Source of the DNA: Escherichia coli
GTDB taxonomy: Bacteria; Pseudomonadota; Gammaproteobacteria; Enterobacterales; Enterobacteriaceae
NCBI RefSeq assembly: GCF_041248615.1
Contig: NZ_CP158425.1
Reading direction: 5' to 3' (one strand)
DNA: 64,000 nucleotides
Shown: piece by piece, positions 60,242 to 64,000 of the stretch
Layout of the letters: each line of letters starts with the position of its first letter
Numbering within the stretch: position 1 is the stretch's first letter
The notes under the pieces: model-generated
The model's database searches: none
The model's input: the letters and a program-made list of their open reading frames with translations, nothing else
What the model was told of the DNA's origin: nothing
Made by a program: the position numbers and the translations under genes

Positions 60242-60400
60242 CTACTTACCGGATTCGTAGGCCAGGATAGCAAATACCTCCCTTGTTCCGTCTTTCATCC
60301 GCAACTCGCAAAGCGAGTTTCGTGTGAGCCAGGTGAATATCAACAGCGTTAAACAAACTATTAATATGCACAAAACAATGGGTTGGTTCGGCATTTTCAT
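60242..60400 (-). CDS. hok: Hok/Gef-family membrane toxin (type I toxin-antitoxin)
   Basis: 52 aa [52 protein letters not shown] closely resembles Hok; in-frame upstream extension is mok-like. Confidence 0.85.
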   Translation of the reverse strand: MKMPNQPIVLCILIVCLTLLIFTWLTRNSLCELRMKDGTREVFAILAYESGK

Positions 60401-60754
60401 GGCCTTCTTCTCCTTGCATTTAAGCAGGCAAGAGGCTACGCTGTGTGTGACTAGCATACAGGGGCCTCGGGTTAATTGAAAAATTACTCGGGGCTTTCTG
60501 CTTTTACCACAGTCAAACAGTGTTACCGCTGGCTGGGGCAAAAGCCTCCAGCACCAGCGTCATTATATCACTCTGCCCTGATCAGCCAAACACCCTGCCT
60601 GCATAAATCATTGATTTATAATTTATTTGACATGAGTCACTTCCGGTTGTCGGAGACAGTCTTTTTACACTAAAGAAAAGGGTAACGGGCAGCTGCTTGG
60701 TCGGAACATACAGTGCAGTTCCTGCCCGTTTAATTTCCGGATGCAATGGTAGGA

Positions 60755-61360
60755 TCAGGAGGCACTGGTTCCGTTGATTAGGGAAAGCTTATGTGCCTGA
60801 ATACGGCTGTATTCGAGATGGGATGGAATATTACAGATGCGCTCCAGTCGATCATGCAGCCTCGTGTAGGTCAGTCGATGAATACCGGACATTTCATCAA
60901 GTAGCCAGCGCTTGATGTAAGGGTTACAGGAAAGCCGGGCAAGATCGTCGTCATCCACTTCGTCAAAGAACCAGTACTGCTCCATCGGGACTACCTGAAA
61001 TATCCACGGCCGGGGATAGTCCCCTGTGACAACCAAAAACCATGCGAGAAAGCATAGACACAGCTCAACGATCATCAGCATCGAAAATTGCGAATAACTT
61101 AGACCAGGCACATAGGGTGAACTATCCGCAACATACCCCCTGAACAATTCCGCCACAAGGTAGCCCAATAGCGACAAGGCCAGCATCAGGGTCAGGATTA
61201 ATCCCCCATTAAACGCTACCGAAGCCTTTTGAACCCGATCAGGTGCTGTCCGGCTGCGATAGTTGGTCACTACTCTTTCTACAAGTGCCCTTATGGCAGC
61301 CTGTTCTTTACTGACATCAGCTCCGGAAAAACCGGACGGGCTTTTATTTAATTCAGTCAT
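60755..61360 (-). CDS. hypothetical membrane protein (201 aa)
   Basis: Two hydrophobic helices. Confidence 0.45.
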   Translation of the reverse strand: MTELNKSPSGFSGADVSKEQAAIRALVERVVTNYRSRTAPDRVQKASVAFNGGLILTLMLALSLLGYLVAELFRGYVADSSPYVPGLSYSQFSMLMIVELCLCFLAWFLVVTGDYPRPWIFQVVPMEQYWFFDEVDDDDLARLSCNPYIKRWLLDEMSGIHRLTYTRLHDRLERICNIPSHLEYSRIQAHKLSLINGTSAS

Positions 61361-61575
61361 ACCCCACTCCTGTTATGTGCTCTACTGAACAAACACGTAG
61401 ATCATACAGAGCTCACGGACGCACTCCTGCCAGATAAAGGAGGGAATTTGGCTGTAAGACGGTTAGCCAACAGTTCAGGTTATGCGTGGGATCCGGCCAG
61501 TCAGAAAGGATTCCGTTATTAACAGGCAAGGTTAAAGGCAGATGGACGTTGAAATTGTGGATGCTAAAAGGGGTA

Positions 61576-61857
61576 TTACTCTTTTTCCTGCATAGCGGCT
61601 TTTTCAGCCCGGGTGGCCAGGCGAGCATTTCCGAAAGGTTCACGGACAAGCAGGGGCTTCTCCTTCTTCCAGCCCCTGATAGCCGTTTCTCCAAAACGAC
61701 GTGGTGCATTGCCGTTCCAGCGAGCAATCACATGATTATCATGAATTTCTATAATGACAACGGGGTGGACAATGACCGTTGTAATGGTGGTATTTCCCAT
61801 TTTGGTACGGGTTACAGACCAAACCTGCATCCCGGATTCCAGCTGGCTGATTTTCAT
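61576..61857 (-). CDS. hypothetical protein (93 aa)
   Basis: ORF only. Confidence 0.35.
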   Translation of the reverse strand: MKISQLESGMQVWSVTRTKMGNTTITTVIVHPVVIIEIHDNHVIARWNGNAPRRFGETAIRGWKKEKPLLVREPFGNARLATRAEKAAMQEKE

Positions 61858-62231
61858 ATTATATCCTTAAGCCAACACGAACTGCGCCACAAAAATTAAT
61901 GTGGCGCAATTTACCATAAACAATAAACATCAGATACCCGTGAAGAGATTTCCCTTTATTTTAAAATTCTTCTGGAGAAAAAATGATATTTCCAGAAGAA
62001 GTCAGCGAAATTCAGAAACGGCCATCACAATGGTGCTGCGCTGACGCTGGCGTTCTGCCTTGCGCTGCCTGCGGCGATAGATCTATTTTGCGCTGACGTA
62101 AGGGCAGTCCTCACGGGTATACCAGCAGCAGCCGCAAGGTTCGGGCCGGGGTTTTCCGGCAAGTCCAAATGGTTTCATCAAGTCACCTTTTTAATATTTT
62201 TAATGGCAAGATACTTCCCTAACACATTGTT

Positions 62232-62543
62232 TTATCGCATATAACGCTGTTGCATAAACAGATACAGATAACCCTCAGGAGAAAACATGCAAAGGTTATC
62301 AGTGATAACCGCATCCAGATACCGAGTGTCAGTCTGTAAACGTTTTATCACCAGAAAATGTGCTGCCGCAGCCTTAATGCCAGAACTACCGTTTACAACA
62401 TTATGTATACCCGCTTCGAATAACGAACGAGCATGAATTACCTTTTCCCGGGCCGCTTCGATCTCCGCATTAATAACGCATTGCCGCGCCTGGATGACTG
62501 CCTCTCCGGTTAAATCGCGGAAATTCATTAGAGATGTGATCAT
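62232..62543 (-). CDS. hypothetical protein (103 aa)
   Basis: ORF only. Confidence 0.35.
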   Translation of the reverse strand: MITSLMNFRDLTGEAVIQARQCVINAEIEAAREKVIHARSLFEAGIHNVVNGSSGIKAAAAHFLVIKRLQTDTRYLDAVITDNLCMFSPEGYLYLFMQQRYMR

Positions 62544-62765
62544 GATTAACTCTCCAGATTATGTGGAATCATTATAACAACTGGCATCCCGCCACAAATA
62601 ACCTGAGAAAAATTCTTTGAAATATTCCTATATATAAGGAATTACAGTCGGAAAAGAAACGATGAAATAGCGCCGACCGCTTAAAATCGATAAATTAAAA
62701 TGGACGGCACTGGAATGAAAAACTGAAAGTAGTAAGACCGTAATTATCCTTCACGGATGTAAGCT

Positions 62766-62966
62766 TTATAAGAGGAGTACTGGCAAAGCTTTGCCAAGTA
62801 CTTCGGCGGTTGTGTCTACGATTTTACGGATGTCATCGATCTGCGAAGGCTTATTCAACACCACCGTAAAAAGCTCTCCTTCGTTATCAGCCTGCTCGCA
62901 GTTTCCGTATCGGCTCCCGTCGTACAGCTGCACAATACGTGACATAGAAGACTTTGTTTGTTTCAT
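62766..62966 (-). CDS. hypothetical small protein (66 aa)
   Basis: ORF only. Confidence 0.3.
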   Translation of the reverse strand: MKQTKSSMSRIVQLYDGSRYGNCEQADNEGELFTVVLNKPSQIDDIRKIVDTTAEVLGKALPVLLL

Positions 62967-63005
62967 GGCTTTGCACCTGCTTTTAGGCAGTTTGGTTACT
63001 GGTTA

Positions 63006-63230
63006 TCAGAAGCTGGTTTCATGCGCTTCCGGCTGGGACACGAACTGGTATTTGACGCCGCCAGGCACACCTACTGCTTCGGCAATAGAGTCGCAAAGCC
63101 GCGATAAATCATTTAGTGTCATCGGATATTCAATATCTACAGAATATAAAGCACCTGCATTTTCAGCATCTTCGATGTTTTTATACTGGGCACTAAATAT
63201 AGCAATGGTCTGAATTTCGTGGTTATGCAT
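63006..63230 (-). CDS. hypothetical small protein (74 aa)
   Basis: ORF only. Confidence 0.3.
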   Translation of the reverse strand: MHNHEIQTIAIFSAQYKNIEDAENAGALYSVDIEYPMTLNDLSRLCDSIAEAVGVPGGVKYQFVSQPEAHETSF

Positions 63231-63284
63231 GAACCGGTCCTTATTAAATTATAAAAGCCACCCGAGAGTGGCCTGAGTTGAAAC

Positions 63285-63488
63285 TTAAATCTGTGAAGTA
63301 TTTTTGAGAGATTTTTTGCGATCCAGATGCCGGGCAACAATGGTTCCGATAACAAGTAGCATGATGACCGCACTGAAGAAGGTGCTGTCAGGGACGCCCT
63401 GGAAAAAATCACTGAAACTGTAAACAATAAAAATCAATGCGCAAAAATAGAAAACGATACGAACATAAGGGGTAAAAAACATTTTCAT
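63285..63488 (-). CDS. small membrane protein (67 aa)
   Basis: Single TM helix. Confidence 0.35.
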   Translation of the reverse strand: MKMFFTPYVRIVFYFCALIFIVYSFSDFFQGVPDSTFFSAVIMLLVIGTIVARHLDRKKSLKNTSQI

Positions 63489-63627
63489 CGGTTGCCTTCC
63501 ATTCAGGGAGAATTCTCAGTAATTACATCACACCTGAAGAGAAACTATTTTCGTATAAATGAGCATTTTCGACATATCAGAGGGGGGGTTTACTCATAAA
63601 TGAGGTAGTAAGGGTCACACTTGAGGT

Positions 63628-63640
63628 GAAAGTTACTTTC
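63628..63640. repeat. AAAAGT-N-ACTTTT motif instance (GAAAGTTACTTTC)
   Basis: 11/13; intergenic, 140 bp upstream of 63488 gene start. Confidence 0.45.
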
Positions 63641-63667
63641 CTGGCTGCGAACGAACTATCTCAAATG

Positions 63668-63961
63668 TTAGAGGTGTGCGTTCGCCTTGAGAGCCTCATG
63701 CCCTGAGGAGCTCAACTTGAGCCGATAGTATAAACCTGGCTCCAGATGGCTTGCTGGCTGGCATAACTCCACGAGGCCGAGCCGGAACAGGACCGGAGAG
63801 CTCCTGCACGTCACATCATCAGGATTCCCCATAAACGTACGCCGTTCTCTGGCCCGTCTGAAATTGCCAGAGATATCATAGACCGTGCCGGATGCCATCC
63901 GTCGTAACACGTAAATCTGTGCCATTGTAAGCTTCTGGGCGGAACTGCTTAAACCTGACAT
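63668..63961 (-). CDS. hypothetical protein (97 aa)
   Basis: ORF only. Confidence 0.3.
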   Translation of the reverse strand: MSGLSSSAQKLTMAQIYVLRRMASGTVYDISGNFRRARERRTFMGNPDDVTCRSSPVLFRLGLVELCQPASHLEPGLYYRLKLSSSGHEALKANAHL

Positions 63962-64000
63962 ACCTTCCCCTCCTTATATAAAACAATCCGCCAGCAGCTC

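Noticed and set aside
61982-62180. Short Cys-rich minus-strand ORF (about 30 aa, CGCCWYTREDCPY)
   Set aside because: Below the size at which I can separate a real peptide from chance; no supporting signals.
20738-64000. Integron or additional resistance genes in the backbone
   Set aside because: No integrase, attC-like repeats or recognisable resistance determinants seen outside the 1.4-19.2 kb island.

Overview
This window reads as a segment of a large conjugative plasmid with an IncHI-like transfer backbone (MOB-H relaxase plus F-type mating-pair genes TraF/TraH/TraG), carrying a mosaic antibiotic-resistance island at its left end. The island (about 1.4-19.2 kb) contains IS26, two non-contiguous pieces of Tn5393 (strA-strB with IS1133 on one side; tnpA-res-tnpR on the other), aph(3')-Ia, a GC-rich patch of IS3/IS5-family elements and gene fragments, the tmrB / aac(3)-II / blaTEM-1 block, and IS1 truncating an aer-like chemoreceptor gene. 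The backbone (about 20.8-64 kb) carries a umuDC-like operon behind a LexA box, DsbA/DsbC-like oxidoreductases, a lytic transglycosylase, an HNH nuclease, a candidate oriT region, a relaxase/coupling-protein operon ending in S49 peptidase and NERD genes, a ParB-like gene, a hok-like toxin and many small unknown ORFs. The most unusual signal is an over-represented palindromic motif AAAAGT-N-ACTTTT at 11 sites across the backbone, mostly intergenic, whose half-sites also form the outer arms of a roughly 43-bp-periodic palindrome array in the oriT-candidate region; I interpret this as a previously undescribed plasmid-wide operator network, unverified. All calls are from reading the sequence and recalled family signatures; no database search was run.
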